A stretch of 64,000 nt of DNA from Squalus acanthias (taxonomy: Eukaryota). The position numbers and the translations under genes are program-made. This document shows, one piece after another, positions 37,524-49,932 of the stretch (within the stretch, counting starts at the first letter, position 1; each line of letters starts with the position of its first letter). The notes under the pieces were generated by a model that did no database searches, was not told where the DNA came from, and saw only the letters and a program-made list of their open reading frames with translations. The stretch is taken from the NCBI GenBank assembly GCA_030390025.1, contig JASTWF010000035.1, forward strand, positions 1,426,001 through 1,490,000, given 5' to 3'.

Positions 37524-40500
37524 CATAGAAACATAGAAACATAGAAAATAGGTACAGGAGTAGACCATTCGGTCCTTCGAGCCTGCACCGCCATTCAATG
37601 CGTTCATGGCTGAACATGCTACCTCAGTACCCCATTCCTGCTTTCTCGCCATACCCCTTGATCCCCCTAGTTGTGAGTGTTATATCTAACTCCCTTTTGA
37701 ATATATTTAGCGAACTGGCCTCAACAACCTTCTGTGGAAGAGAATTCCATAGATTCACCACTCTCTGGGTGAAGAAGTTCCTCCTCAGCTCAGTCTTAAA
37801 TGGCTTCCCCTTAATCCTTAGACTGTGACCCCTGGTTCTAGTTTTCCCTAACATTGGGAACATTCTGCCTGCATCTAATTTGTCTAAACCAGGCAGGATT
37901 TTAAACGTCTCTATAAGATCCCCCCTCATTCTTCTGAACTCCAGAGGATACAAGTTCAGTTGACCCAATCTTTCTTGATATGTCAGTCCGGCCATCCCAG
38001 GAATCAATCTAGTGAACCTTCGCTGCACTCCCTCAATAGCAAGAATGTCCTTCCTTAAGTTAGGAGACCAAAACTGCGCACAATACTCCAGGTGTGGCCT
38101 CACCAAGGCCCTGTACAACTGCAGCATCACCTCCCTACTCCTGTATTCAAATCCCCTTGCTATGAAGGCCATCATTCCGTTTGCTTTCTTGACTGCCTGC
38201 TGCACTTGCATTCCCACCTTCAGTGACTGATGTACCATGACGCCCAGGTCTCGTTGCACCTCCCCTTTCCCTAATCTGCCACCATTCAGGTAATAGTCCG
38301 CCTCTCTATTTTTACCACCAAAGTGGATAACCTCACATTTATCCACATTGTACTTCATCTGCCATACATTTGCCCATTCACCCAACCTGTCCAAGTCACT
38401 CTGTAGCCTCCTAGCATCCTCCTCATTGTTCACACTGCCTCCCAATTTAGTGTCATCCGCAAATTTGGAGATATTACATTTAATCCCTTCGTCCAAATCA
38501 TTAATATATAATGTAAACAGCTGGGGTCCCAGCACCGAACCCTGCGGTACCCCGCTGGTCACTGCCTGCCATTCTGAAAAGTACCCATTTACTCCTACTC
38601 TTTGTTTCCTGTGTGCCAACCAGTTCTCAATCCACGTCAACACATTACCCCCAATCCCATGTGCTTTAACTTTGCTCACCAATCTCTTGTGTGGGACCTT
38701 GTCGAAGGCCTTCTGAAAGTCCAAATACACCACATCTACTGGTTCCCCCCTGTCCACCCTATTGGAAACATCCTCAAAAAATTCCAGAAGATTTGTCAAG
38801 CATGATTTCCCTTTCACAAATCCATGCTGACTTGGACCTATCATGTCGTCACTTTCCAAATGGTCTGTTATGACATCTTTAATAATTGCTTCCATCATTT
38901 TACCCACGACCGATGTCAGGCTGACCGGTCTATAATTCCCTGCTTTCTCCCTCCCTCCTTTTTTAAAAAGAGGGGTTACATTGGCCACCCTCCACTCCAT
39001 CGGAACTGTTCCAGAGTCTAAGGAATGTTGGAAAATGATCGTCAATGCATCCACTATTTCCAAGGCCACCTCCTTAAGTACTCTGGGATGCAGACCATCA
39101 GGCACCGGGGATTTTTCAGCCTTCAGTCCCATCAATTTCCCCAATACCTTTTCCCGACTAATAAGGATTTCCCTCAGCTCCTCCCTCTTACCAGATCCTC
39201 TGACCCCTTTTATTTCCGGCAGGTTGTGTGTGTCCTCCACAGTAAACACCGAACCAAAGTACTTGTTCAATTGATCTGCCCTTTCCTTGTTCCCCATTAC
39301 GACTTGCCCTGTTTCCGACTGCAGGGGACCTACGTTTGTTTTTACTAACCTCTTTCTTTTTACATATTTATAGAAGCTTTTGCAGTCCATTTTAATGTTC
39401 TCTGCAAGCTTCCTTTCATATTTTATTTTCCCTGCCCTAATTAAACCCTTCGTCCTCCTTTGCTGAGTTTTGAAGTTCTCCCAGTCCCCGGGTTTGCTGC
39501 TACTTCTGGCCAATTTGTATGCAACTTCCTTGGTTTTAATACTATCCCTGATTTCTCTTGTTAGCCATGGTTGAGCCACCTTCCCTTTTTTATTTTTACG
39601 CCAGACCGGGATGTACAATTGTTGTAGTTCATCCATGCGATCTCTAAATGTCTGCCATTGCCCTTCCACTGATAGCCCCTTAAATATCGCTTGCCAATTT
39701 AACCTCGCCAATTCAGGCCTCATACCATCAAAGTTGCCCTTATTTAAGTTCTGGACCATGGTCTCTGACTTAACTGTTTCCTTCTCCATCCTAATGTAGA
39801 ACTCCACCATACTATGGTCACTCTTCCCCAGGGGGCCTCGTACCACAAGATTGCTGATTAGTCCTTCCTCATTACACAACACCCAGTCCAGGATGGCCTC
39901 CCCTCGAGTTGGTTCCTCAACATATTGGTTTAGGAAACCATCCCTTAAACACTCCAGGAAATCCTCCTCCACCGTATTGCTTCCAGTTTGAGTAGCCCAA
40001 TCTATATGCATATTAAAGTCACCCATGATAACTGCCGTGCCTTTTTTGCACGCACCTCTGATTTCCTGTTTCATACCCTCCCTCACCTCACCACTGCTGT
40101 TTGGAGGTCTGTACACAACTCCCACTAACGTTTTCTGCCCTTTGGTGTTCTGCAGCTCAACCCATATTGATTCCACATCCTCCAAGCTGATGTCCTTCCT
40201 AGCTATTGCATTAATCTCCTCTTTAACCAGCAATGCTACCCCACCCCCTTTTCCTTTTATTCTATCCTTTCTGAATGTTGAATACCCCTGGATGCTCAGT
40301 TCCCAGCCTTGATTGTTCTGGAGCCACGTCTCTGTAATCCCAATCACATCGTATCCGTTAACATCTATTTGCACAGTCAATTCATCCACCTTATTACGGA
40401 TACTCCTTGCATTAAGACACAGAGCCTTTAGGCTTATTTTATTAACATCCTTTGTCCTTTTAGACTTATGATTTAGTATGGCCCTTTGTGTTTCTTGCCT

Positions 40501-41372
40501 TTGTTTACTCGGCCTTCCCCTATTGTTTCTCACCCTTCTAACATTTGTTTCTGACTGCATATTACTTCCCCCTGTTTCGCTACATAGGTTCCCCTTCCCC
40601 TGCCATATTAGTTTAAATCCTCCCGAACTGCTTTAGCAAATATTACCCCGAGGACATCGGTTCCAGTCCTGCCCAAGTGCAGACCGTCCCTTTTGTACAG
40701 ATCCCACTTCCCCCAGAACTGGTTCCAATGCCTCAGGAATTTGAATCCCTCCCTCCTGCACCACTGCTCAAGCCACATATTCAATCTCACTATCCTGTTC
40801 TCTCTATTCTGATTAGCTCGTGGCCCTGGTAGCAATCCAGAGATTACTACCTTAGAGGTCCTACTTTTTAATTTAGCTCCTAGCTCCCTAAATTCTGCTT
40901 GTAGGACCTCTTCCCGCTTTTTACCTATATCATTGGTACCTACATGCACCACGACAGCTGGCTGTTCACCCTCCCTCTTCAGAATGTTCTGCAGCCGCTC
41001 CGAGACATCCTTGACCCTTGCACCAGGGAGGCAACATACCATCCTGGAATCTCGGTTGCGGCCACAGAAACTCCTGTCTATTCCCCTTACAATTGAGTCC
41101 CCTATCACTATAGCCCTACCACTCTTTTTCCCGCCCTGCTGTGCAGCAGAGCCAGCCATGGTGCCATGAACCTGGCTGCTGGTGCCTTCCCCTGGTAGGC
41201 CATCTCCCCCAACAGTATCCAAAGCGGCATACCTGTTTTGGAGGGAGATGACCACAGGGAGACTCCTGCACTACCTTCCTGATATTGCCCTGCTTCTTGG
41301 TCACCCATACACTGTCTGTCCTAGCCTTTACCTGCGGTGTGGACAACTCACTAAATGAGCGATTCACCGAGT
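37524..41372 (-). mobile_element. Young CR1, truncated within ORF1
   Basis: (catagaaa)n tail, intact ORF2, esterase half of ORF1 at 40608-41255. Confidence 0.95.
37624..40560 (-). CDS. CR1 ORF2, AP-endonuclease plus reverse transcriptase, 978 aa, uninterrupted
   Basis: [36 protein letters not shown]. Confidence 0.95.
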   Translation of the reverse strand: MQSETNVRRVRNNRGRPSKQRQETQRAILNHKSKRTKDVNKISLKALCLNARSIRNKVDELTVQIDVNGYDVIGITETWLQNNQGWELSIQGYSTFRKDRIKGKGGGVALLVKEEINAIARKDISLEDVESIWVELQNTKGQKTLVGVVYRPPNSSGEVREGMKQEIRGACKKGTAVIMGDFNMHIDWATQTGSNTVEEDFLECLRDGFLNQYVEEPTRGEAILDWVLCNEEGLISNLVVRGPLGKSDHSMVEFYIRMEKETVKSETMVQNLNKGNFDGMRPELARLNWQAIFKGLSVEGQWQTFRDRMDELQQLYIPVWRKNKKGKVAQPWLTREIRDSIKTKEVAYKLARSSSKPGDWENFKTQQRRTKGLIRAGKIKYERKLAENIKMDCKSFYKYVKRKRLVKTNVGPLQSETGQVVMGNKERADQLNKYFGSVFTVEDTHNLPEIKGVRGSGKREELREILISREKVLGKLMGLKAEKSPVPDGLHPRVLKEVALEIVDALTIIFQHSLDSGTVPMEWRVANVTPLFKKGGREKAGNYRPVSLTSVVGKMMEAIIKDVITDHLESDDMIGPSQHGFVKGKSCLTNLLEFFEDVSNRVDRGEPVDVVYLDFQKAFDKVPHKRLVSKVKAHGIGGNVLTWIENWLAHRKQRVGVNGYFSEWQAVTSGVPQGSVLGPQLFTLYINDLDEGIKCNISKFADDTKLGGSVNNEEDARRLQSDLDRLGEWANVWQMKYNVDKCEVIHFGGKNREADYYLNGGRLGKGEVQRDLGVMVHQSLKVGMQVQQAVKKANGMMAFIARGFEYRSREVMLQLYRALVRPHLEYCAQFWSPNLRKDILAIEGVQRRFTRLIPGMAGLTYQERLGQLNLYPLEFRRMRGDLIETFKILPGLDKLDAGRMFPMLGKTRTRGHSLRIKGKPFKTELRRNFFTQRVVNLWNSLPQKVVEASSLNIFKRELDITLTTRGIKGYGEKAGMGY

Positions 41373-42078
41373 TCTACCACTTACTTTAAATCTATGCCCC
41401 CTAGTTATTGATCTCTCTGCTATGGGAAATAGGTCCTTCCTATCCACTCTTTCTGGGCCCCTCATAATTTTAAACACCTCCTCAATTAAATCTCCCCTCA
41501 GCCTCCTTTGTTCCAAAGAAAACAACTCCAGCCTATCCAATCTTTCCTCATAGCTAAAATTCTCCAGTCCTGGCAACATCCTCGTAAATCTCCTCTGTAC
41601 CCTCTCCAGTGCAATCACATCTTTCCTGTAATTTGGTGACCAGAACTGCACGCAGTACTCTAGCTGTGGCCTAACTAGTGTTTTACACAGTTCAAGCATA
41701 ACCTCCCTGTTCTTATATTCTGTGCCTCAGCTAATAAAGGAAAGTATCCCATATGCCTTCTTAACCACCTTATCTACCTGTCCTGCTACCTTCAGGAATC
41801 ATGGACATGCACTCCGAGGTCCCTTTGTTCCTCTACACTTCTCAGTATCCTACCATTTATTGTGTATTCCCTTGCCTTGTTGGCCCTCCCCAAACACATT
41901 AGCTCACACTTCTCCAGATTGAATTCCATTTGCCACTTTCCTTCCCACCTGACCAGTCCATTGAGATCTTCCTGCAGTCTGCAGCTTTCTACCTCACTAT
42001 CAACCACATGGCCAATTTTTGTATCATCAGCAAACTTATTAATCATGCCCCATACATTGAAGTCTAAATCATTTATAT

Positions 42079-44747
42079 TCTTCTTCTTAGGCAGTCCCTC
42101 GGAACCAAGGATGACTTGCTTCCACATTAAAAATGAGTTCGCAGGTGACTGATGAGTCCAATGCGGGACCTACAGTCTCTGTCACAGGTGGGGCAGACGA
42201 TGGTTGAAGGGGCGGGTGGGTTGGGTGCTTGGGTTGACGTGTGCTCCTTCCGCTGCTTGCGCTTGGCTTCCGCTTGCTCCCAGCGAAGAGACTCGAGGTG
42301 TTCGGCGCCTTCCCGGATGCTTCTCCTCCACTTTGTGCGGTCTTGGTCCAGGGATTCCCAGGTGTCGGTGGGGATGTTACACTTTTTCAAGGAGGCTTTG
42401 AGGGTGTCCTTGAAGCATTTCCTCTGCCCACCTGGGGCACTCTTGCCGTGCCGGAGCTCCGAGTAGAGCGCTTGTTTTACATAAGAACATAACAAATAGG
42501 AGCAGGAGTAGGCCAATCGGCCCCTCGAGCCTGCTCCGCCATTCAATAAGATCATGGCTGATCTGATCCTAACCTCAAATCTAAAGAACACAAAAAGTAG
42601 GAGCAGGACCCAGCCACTCAGCCCCTGGGCCCGCTCCGCCACCCACAGGGCCTTGACCGATCCGAACTCAGCCTCATGTCCAATTTCCTGCCCGCTCCCC
42701 GTAACCCCTAATTCCCTTTACTTCTAGGAAACTGTCTATTTCTGTTTTAAATTTATTTAATGGTGTAGCTTCCACAGCTTCCTGGGGCAGCAAATTCCAC
42801 AGACCCTACTACCCTCTGAGTGAAGAAGTTTCTCCTCATCTCAGTTTTGAAAGAGCAGCCCCTTATTCTAAGATTATGCCCCCTAGTTCTAGTTTCACCC
42901 ATCCTTGGGAACATCCTTACCACATCCACCCGATCAAGTCCCTTCACAATCTTATATGTTTCAATAAGATCGCCTCTCATTCTTCTGAGTCTCGTAACGG
43001 GCATGCAGACAATGTGACCCGTCCATCGGAGCTGATCGAGCATGGTCAAAGCTTCGATGCTGGGGATGTTGGCCTGAGCGAGAACACTGACGTTGGTGCG
43101 CCTATCCTGCCAATGGATTTGCAGGATCTCGCGGAGGCAGCGTTGGCGGTACCGCTCCAGTGCTTTGAGGTGCCTGCTGTACATGGTCCATATCTCTGAG
43201 GCATACAGCAGGGCGGGTATCACTGCTGCTCTGTAGACCATGAGCTTAGTGCCGGGTTTGAGGTCCTGGTCTTCAAACACTCTCTTCCTCAAGCGACCAA
43301 AGGCTGCACTGGCACACTGAAGGTGGTGTTGGACTTCGTCGTCGACGTCTGCCCTTTTTGACAGTAGGCCTCCGAGGTATGGAAAGTGGTCCACATTGTC
43401 CAAGGCCTTGTCGTGGATTTTGATAATCGGGGGGCAGTACTGTGTGGCGGGGCCAGGTTGGCAGAGGACCTTTGTCTTACGGATGTTTAGTGTAAGGCCT
43501 ATGCTCTCGTACGCTTCGGTGAAGGTGTTGACGATGGTTTGGAGTTCGACCTCCGAGTGTGCGCAGACGCAAGCGTCGTCTGCATACTGTAATTCGACGA
43601 CAGAGGATGGAACGACCTTAGACCTGGACTGGAGGCGACGGAGGTTGAACAGTTTCCCGTTTGTTCTGTAGATTAGCTCCACTCCAGCGAGGAGCTTACT
43701 GAGGGTGAGATGGAGCATTGCAGCAAGGAAGATCGAGAAGAGCGTTGGTGCGATGACACAGCCTTGCTTGACCCCGGTTCATACGTAAATTGGGTCTGTG
43801 GTGGAACCGTTGGTCAGGATCACGGCTTGCAGGTCATCGTGAAGCTGGCGGAGGATAGTGACAAACTTTTGAGGGCAGCTGAATTTGCGGAGGACACTCC
43901 ATAATCCCTCACGGCTGAGTGTCGAAGGTCTTTGTGAGATCAAAGAAGGCCATGTACAGCGGTTGGTGCTGTTCCCTGCATTTCTCTTGTAATTGACGTA
44001 CATTGAAGATCATGTACATTGCGCCCCTTAGTGGGCGGAATCCGCATTGCGAACTCTGGGAGGAGCTCTTCGGCCACTGGGAGAAGGTTATTGAGGAGGA
44101 TGCTTGCGATGACTTTCCCTGTGGCAGATAGCAGGGAAACTCCTCTGTAATTACCGCAATCTGACTTGTCACCTTTCTTGAAGATGGTCACAATTACAGC
44201 ATCTCTGAGATCCCCTGGCATGCTCTGCTCCTTCCAGATAAGAGAAATTAGTTCATGAATTCGGGCCAGTAGTGCTTCTCCGCCATGCTTTAGTGCCTCG
44301 GCGGAGATTCCATCTGCTCCTGAGGCCTTGTTGTTCTTCAGTTGTCGGATGGCCTTTTCAACCTCATGCCGGGCTGGGGTTGTGCTGAGGTGGTGGTGGG
44401 TAGCATGCTGCGGGATGGAGTTGAGGACACTCGCGTCGAAGACAGAGTCGCGGTTAAGGAGATCTTCGAAGTGCTCCTTCCAGCGGGCACTGAGTGCCTC
44501 TCTGTCCTTGATGAGTACCTCTCTGTTCTTGGCCCACAGTGGGTTAGGACCTTGGGTGCTTGGGCCGCAGATGGTCTTGACTGCGCTAAAGAACCCACGC
44601 ACGTCGTGGTTGTCGGCTAGCTGCTGGATCTCCTGCGCTTTCTCCACCCACCATCTGTTCCTTAGGTTACGAGTTTCTTGTTGGACCTCGGCCTTCAGGC
44701 GTCTGTAGAGCTGCTTTTTTGCTCTCGAGTTCTGTTGCTGTTTCCAG
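42079..44747 (-). mobile_element. RTE-clade LINE, 5'-truncated
   Basis: NYRGVSLLS, QCGFR, YADD, CPTCDRDCRSRIGLISH; (gaa)n tail; TSD atat. Confidence 0.92.
42478..42988 (-). mobile_element. CR1 3' fragment with double 3' module, inside the RTE
   Basis: Nearly identical to 14913-15420; splits RTE codons TRL-KQAL. Confidence 0.92.
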
Positions 44748-45434
44748 ATATACCATGAAAAGCAAAGGACTCAGTACTGAGCCCTGCGGAACCCCACTGG
44801 AAACAGCCTTCTAGTCACAAAAAGACACGTCAACCATTACCCTTTGCTCCCTGCCACTGAGCCAATTTAGGATCAAACTTGCCACTTTCCCTTGGATCCC
44901 ATAGGCTTTTACTTTTATGACCAATCTGCCACGTGGGACCTTGTCAAAAGCCTTGCTAAGATCCATGTAGACTACATCAAACGTGCTACCCTCATCAACC
45001 CTCCTTGTTACCTCTTCAAAAAAATCAAGTTAGCCAGACACAACCTTCCCTTTTAACAAATCTATGCTGACTGTCCTTGATTAATTCATGCCTTTCTAAA
45101 TGATTAATACTGCCCCTCAGAATTTTTTCCAATAATTTTCCCACCACCGAGTTTAGGCTGACTGGCCTGTAATTACTCGCTCTATCCCTTTCTTCCTTTT
45201 TAAACAACGGTACAACATTAGCAGTCCTCCAGTCCCCAGCACCACACCTGTAGCCAGAGAGGATTGGAAAATGATGGTCAGAGCCTCTGCTATTTCCTCT
45301 TCTCTTAATAGCCTGGGATACATTTCATCCGGGCCTGGCAATTTATCTACTTTCAAATATGCTAAACCCCTTAATATTTCCTCTCTCACTATGTTTAGCT
45401 CATCTAATATTTCACACTCCTCCTCAACTACAAT

Positions 45435-46559
45435 GGCCCAGAAATTCGCCTCTCCGGCTTGCTGCGGGGGTAAGGATCGCGCGTGCACTTACCTACCGCG
45501 TCTGCCGTTCTGCTTCTGGCCCACGGGGACTTCAGCTCCTGGGCCTGCCCCAACTGCTGGTGGCATAGTGGTTAGCACTGGTGCCTCACAGCGCCAGAGA
45601 CCCGGGTTCGAATCTGACCTCGGGTGACTGTCTGTGTGGAGTTTGCACATTCTCCCCGTGTCTGCGTGGGTTTCCTCCGGGTGCTCCGGTTTCCTCCCAC
45701 AGTCCAAAAATGTGTGGGTTAGGTTGATTTGGCTATGATAAATTGACCCTTAGTGTTAGGGGGGATTAAATATGTGGGGTTATGGGGATAGGATGGGATA
45801 TGTTAGGGGGAATTAAATACGTGGGGCTATGGGGGTAGGGTGGGATATGTGTACTGTGAGGATTAAAGCAGGGACAGGGTACTGGATTTGAATGATCAGC
45901 CATGATCGTATTGAATGGCGGAGCAGGCTCGACGGGCCGAATGGCCTACTCCTGCTCCGAGATTCTATGTTTCTATGTTTCTATGTTTCTATGTTTCTAT
46001 GCTGGCGCGCAGTGTGTGCATGTCCCAGGGGCGTAGTTAGTGTCAAATCTCTGAATTGAAATCGGCCCCAAAAGAACAGCTAAACTTCAAATAAATTTTT
46101 TAAAAAACCCATCACATTTTTAAAATAACTATAAGTTAAATAAATTAACTACTTTAAACAAAAATTTAAATTTTTGAAAAAATTAAAATACTTTTTAACA
46201 GTGCTAAAAATAAACTTACCTTTCTTTAAAGTATCTAAAAAAGATAAACCTGTTGAAATTTTTTTAATTATATTTAATTAACCACTTACCTTGTTGAAAA
46301 CGGGTCCTGCGCCTCCTTTTTAAAAGTGCAGGTTCTTCAATACTTACCCTCCCGGAGAAACCTGAAAAAAACCCTAAGTTTGCTGCGTGCGCGCAGCCTC
46401 TACCGCGCACGCGGTTCACCTCTGAACCGCTCCCTTCACCAGACCGGAAGTTCCGGTTTCCCGCGCATGCGCAGTGCATGCAGGAAACCGACACTTCAGG
46501 AGGCCTTACAGGTGAGTACACAGCGCGTACTCACCCGGGAAGGGCCGAATTTTTGGCCC
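45435..46559 (-). mobile_element. MITE family X, copy 3, interrupted by a V-SINE
   Basis: TIR ggcccagaaattcg / cgaatttttggccc; reverse complement of the 15776 copy. Confidence 0.9.
45559..45999 (+). mobile_element. V-SINE (HE1-like)
   Basis: TSD tgctgg; (tttctatg)x5 tail. Confidence 0.92.
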
Positions 46560-47141
46560 ATTGTCTGCCTCATTCCTTTCTTTTATAAAGTCAGATGCAA
46601 AGTACTCATTAAGAACCATACCCATGTTTTCCGCCTCCACACACAGGTTACCTTCTTGGTCTCTAGTAGGCCCTACTCTTTCTTTAGTTATCCTCTTGCT
46701 CTTTATGTATTAATAAAACATCTTTGGGTTTTCCTTGATTTTACTTGCTAATTTTTTTCATGCCCTCTCTTTGCAAATTTCCTTTTTAATTTCACCCCTG
46801 CACTTTCTATACTCCTCTCGGCTTTCTATAATATTGAGCTCTCGGTATCTGACATAAACTTCCCTTTTTTGCCTTATCCTACCCTGTATGCCCCTTGACA
46901 TCCAGGGGGCTCTAGAATGAGAGTCCCACCCTTTTTCTTTGTGGAAACATACTTGCTCTGAACTCTCACTATCTCCTCCTTGAATGCCTCCCACTGATCT
47001 GACACTGATTTACCTTCAAGTAGCTGTTTCCAGTCAACTTTGGATGAATCACGTCAGCTTAGTAAAATTGGCCTTTCCCCAATCGAGAACTTTTACTCCT
47101 GATGTATCTTTGTTCTTTTCCATAACTACACGAAATCTAAC

Positions 47142-47331
47142 GAAAAAAAAGCAAAATACTGCAGATGCTGGAAATCTGAAATAAAAACAGAAAATGCTGG
47201 AAATGCTCAGCAGGTCAGGCAGCATTTGTGGAGAGAGAAACAGGGTTAATGAGCTGAAACGTAACCCTGTTTCTTGCTCCACAGTTGCTGCCTGACCTGC
47301 TGAGTGTTTATAGCATTTTATGTTCTTATTT
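47142..47331. mobile_element. Palindromic Penelope-like (pseudo-LTR) fragment
   Basis: ~70-bp inverted arms; TSD aaatcta; resembles the common shark gcagatgctggaaatc repeat as I recall it. Confidence 0.65.
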
Positions 47332-48207
47332 ATAAATCTATCTGAATTATGATCACTACCACCAAAATGCTCTCCTACTGATACCCCTTCCACCTGCCCA
47401 GCTTCATTCCCTAAAACTAAATTCAGAACTTGTTGGGCTTGCTACGTATGGGCTAAAAAAGTTCTCCTGAATGCAATTGAAGAATTCTGTGCTCTCTATA
47501 CCTTTTGCACTGATTCTATCCTGTTTAATATTTGGGTATTTGAAATCCCCGACTATTACTGCCCTATTGTTTTTGCACTTCTCAGAAATTTGCCTACATA
47601 TTTGGTCTTCTTTCTCCCTCTGACTGTTTGGGGGTCTATAGTACACTCCCAGCAGAGTGATTGCCCCTTTTCAGTTCTTCAGTTCAACCCCTATGGCCTC
47701 ATTTGATGATCCTTCTTTAGGGAATTCCAGAGCTTAGGGCCTTGGCAGCTGAAGGCACGGCCACCAATGATGGAGCGATTTAAATTGGGGATTCGAAGGA
47801 GGCCAGATGGAGGAGTGCAGAGATCTTGGAGGGTTGCAGAACCGGTGGCGTTTAGAGATAGGGAGGGGCAAGGCTATGGAGGGATTTGAAAACAAGGATG
47901 AGAATTTTAAAATTGAGGCGTTGCCAGAAAAGGAGCCAATGTAGGTCAATGAGCACAAGGGTGATGGGTGTCTGGGACTTGGTGCGAGTTAGGATACGTG
48001 CAGCAGAGCTTTGGATGAACTCAAGTATATGTAGGATGGAAGATGGTCAGGAAAGCAGTCGAATAGTCAAGTCTAGATGCAACAAAGGCATGGATGAGCG
48101 TTTCACCAGATGTGCTGAGGCAGGGCGGAGTCGGGCAATGTTACGGACGTGGATGTAGGCGGTCTCGGTGATAGAGTGGATGGATGTGTGGACGGAGCTC
48201 ATTTCAT

Positions 48208-48539
48208 AGAGCGGCTGAGAAGGTACCTTTAAAAGGGAGAGGTGGGGTTAGTGGGAAGTTGAAGGAACATGATGCGATTAAGGGAGTGTGGCAGTAACAC
48301 GAGTAATTGGGGGGTGGGGATAGAAAGGCATCCGCGGAGAGCCACATTATCACTTCAACCCTGAGTCCCAACACCGCCTGCAGCCGTTGGTGGCTTCACT
48401 GCACCATACCATCCCACCCCCGCTAACACCACGACATACCATTCCCACCCCGCCCTAACACCACGACATACGATTCCACCCCGCCCTAACACCGCACCAT
48501 ACCATCCAACCCGCCCTAACACCGCACCATACCATCCCA
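48208..48539 (-). repeat. Inverted copy of ~840-1078, running into a CCCTAA-containing minisatellite
   Basis: Units cgccctaacacc(g/a)c(a)ccataccatccca. Confidence 0.9.
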
Positions 48540-48739
48540 NNNNNNNNNNNNNNNNNNNNNNNNNNNNNNNNNNNNNNNNNNNNNNNNNNNNNNNNNNNNN
48601 NNNNNNNNNNNNNNNNNNNNNNNNNNNNNNNNNNNNNNNNNNNNNNNNNNNNNNNNNNNNNNNNNNNNNNNNNNNNNNNNNNNNNNNNNNNNNNNNNNNN
48701 NNNNNNNNNNNNNNNNNNNNNNNNNNNNNNNNNNNNNNN
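48540..48739. other. Assembly gap (200 N)
   Basis: Run of n; true size unknown. Confidence 0.99.
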
Positions 48740-49932
48740 CACACTCACCAACCCCACTCCCCACCCACACTCCCCACCCACACTCACCACCCACACTCAC
48801 CACCCACACTCCCCAACCTCACTCCCCACCCACACTCACCACCCACACTCCCCACCCACACTCACCACCCACACTCACCAACCCCACTCCCCACCGACAC
48901 TCCCCACCCACACTCACCAACCCCACTCCCCAACCCCACTCCCCACCCACACTCCCCACCCACACTCACCACCCACACTCCCCAACCCCACTCCCCACCC
49001 ACACTCCCCACCCACACTCCCCACCCCACTCCCCACCCACACTCCCCACCCACACTCACCACCCCCACTCCCCACCCACACTCCCCACCCACACTCCCCA
49101 CCCACACTCCCCAACCCCACTCCCCACCCACACTCCCCACCCACACTCACCACCCACACTCACCAACCCCACTCCCCACCGACACTCCCCACCCACACTC
49201 ACCACCCACACTCACCAACCCCACTCCCCACCCACACTCACCACCCACACTCACCAACCCCACTCCCCACCGACACTCCCCACCCACACTCACCACCCAC
49301 ACTCACCAACCCCACACCCCACCCACACTCCCCAACCCCACTCCCCACCCACACTCCCCACCCACACTCCCCACCCACACTCATCAACCCCACTCCCCAC
49401 CCACACTCCCCAACCCCACTCCCCACCCACACCCACACTCCCCACCCACACTCCCCACCCACACTCCCCACCCACACTCCCCAACCCCACTCCCCACCCA
49501 CACCCACACTCCCCACCCACACTCCCCACCCACACTCCCCACCCACACTCACCACCCACACTCCCCACCCACACTCCCCAACCCCACTCCCCACCCACAC
49601 TCCCCACCCACACTCCCCACCCACACTCACCACCCACACTCCCCACCCACACTCACCAACCCCACTCCACACTCCCCACCCACCCTCCCCATCCCCACCC
49701 ACACTCACCACCCCCACTCCCCATCCCCCCTCTCCACCCCCACTCCCCATCCCCCACTCCCCACCCCCCCACTCCCCACCCCCACTCCCCATCCCCCCTT
49801 CCCACCCCCACCCACACTCCCCACCCACACTCCCCATCCCCCTCCCCACCCACACTCCCCACCCACACTCACCAACCCCACTCCCCACCCACACCCCGAC
49901 TCCCCACCCCCGCTCCCTACTCACACTCCCCA
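48740..49932 (+). repeat. C/A-rich ~13-bp satellite (ccccacccacact)n; resumes at 57244-57290
   Basis: Direct inspection. Confidence 0.95.

Larger units (their letters stand above)
35191..47715 (-). mobile_element. CR1 host in five pieces (35191-35450, 41373-42078, 44748-45434, 46560-47141, 47332-47715)
   Basis: Colinear EN (YYRPPNS, SDHN) and RT (FADD) fragments. Confidence 0.85.
35006..48207 (-). mobile_element. L2-type LINE 3' part (35006-35190 and 47716-48207), split by ~12.5 kb of nested elements
   Basis: caacaacttgcatttatatagcaccttt tail; resumes at gggaattccagagcttagggcc. Confidence 0.7.

Noticed and set aside
38012..40312. Many + strand ORFs antisense to CR1 ORF2, also in other copies
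   Set aside because: Shadow frames of LINE coding sequence with no independent motifs
42753..43718. 321-aa RTE-CR1 chimeric protein
   Set aside because: Chance in-frame junction of a CR1 fragment inserted into a truncated RTE; no promoter or N-terminus
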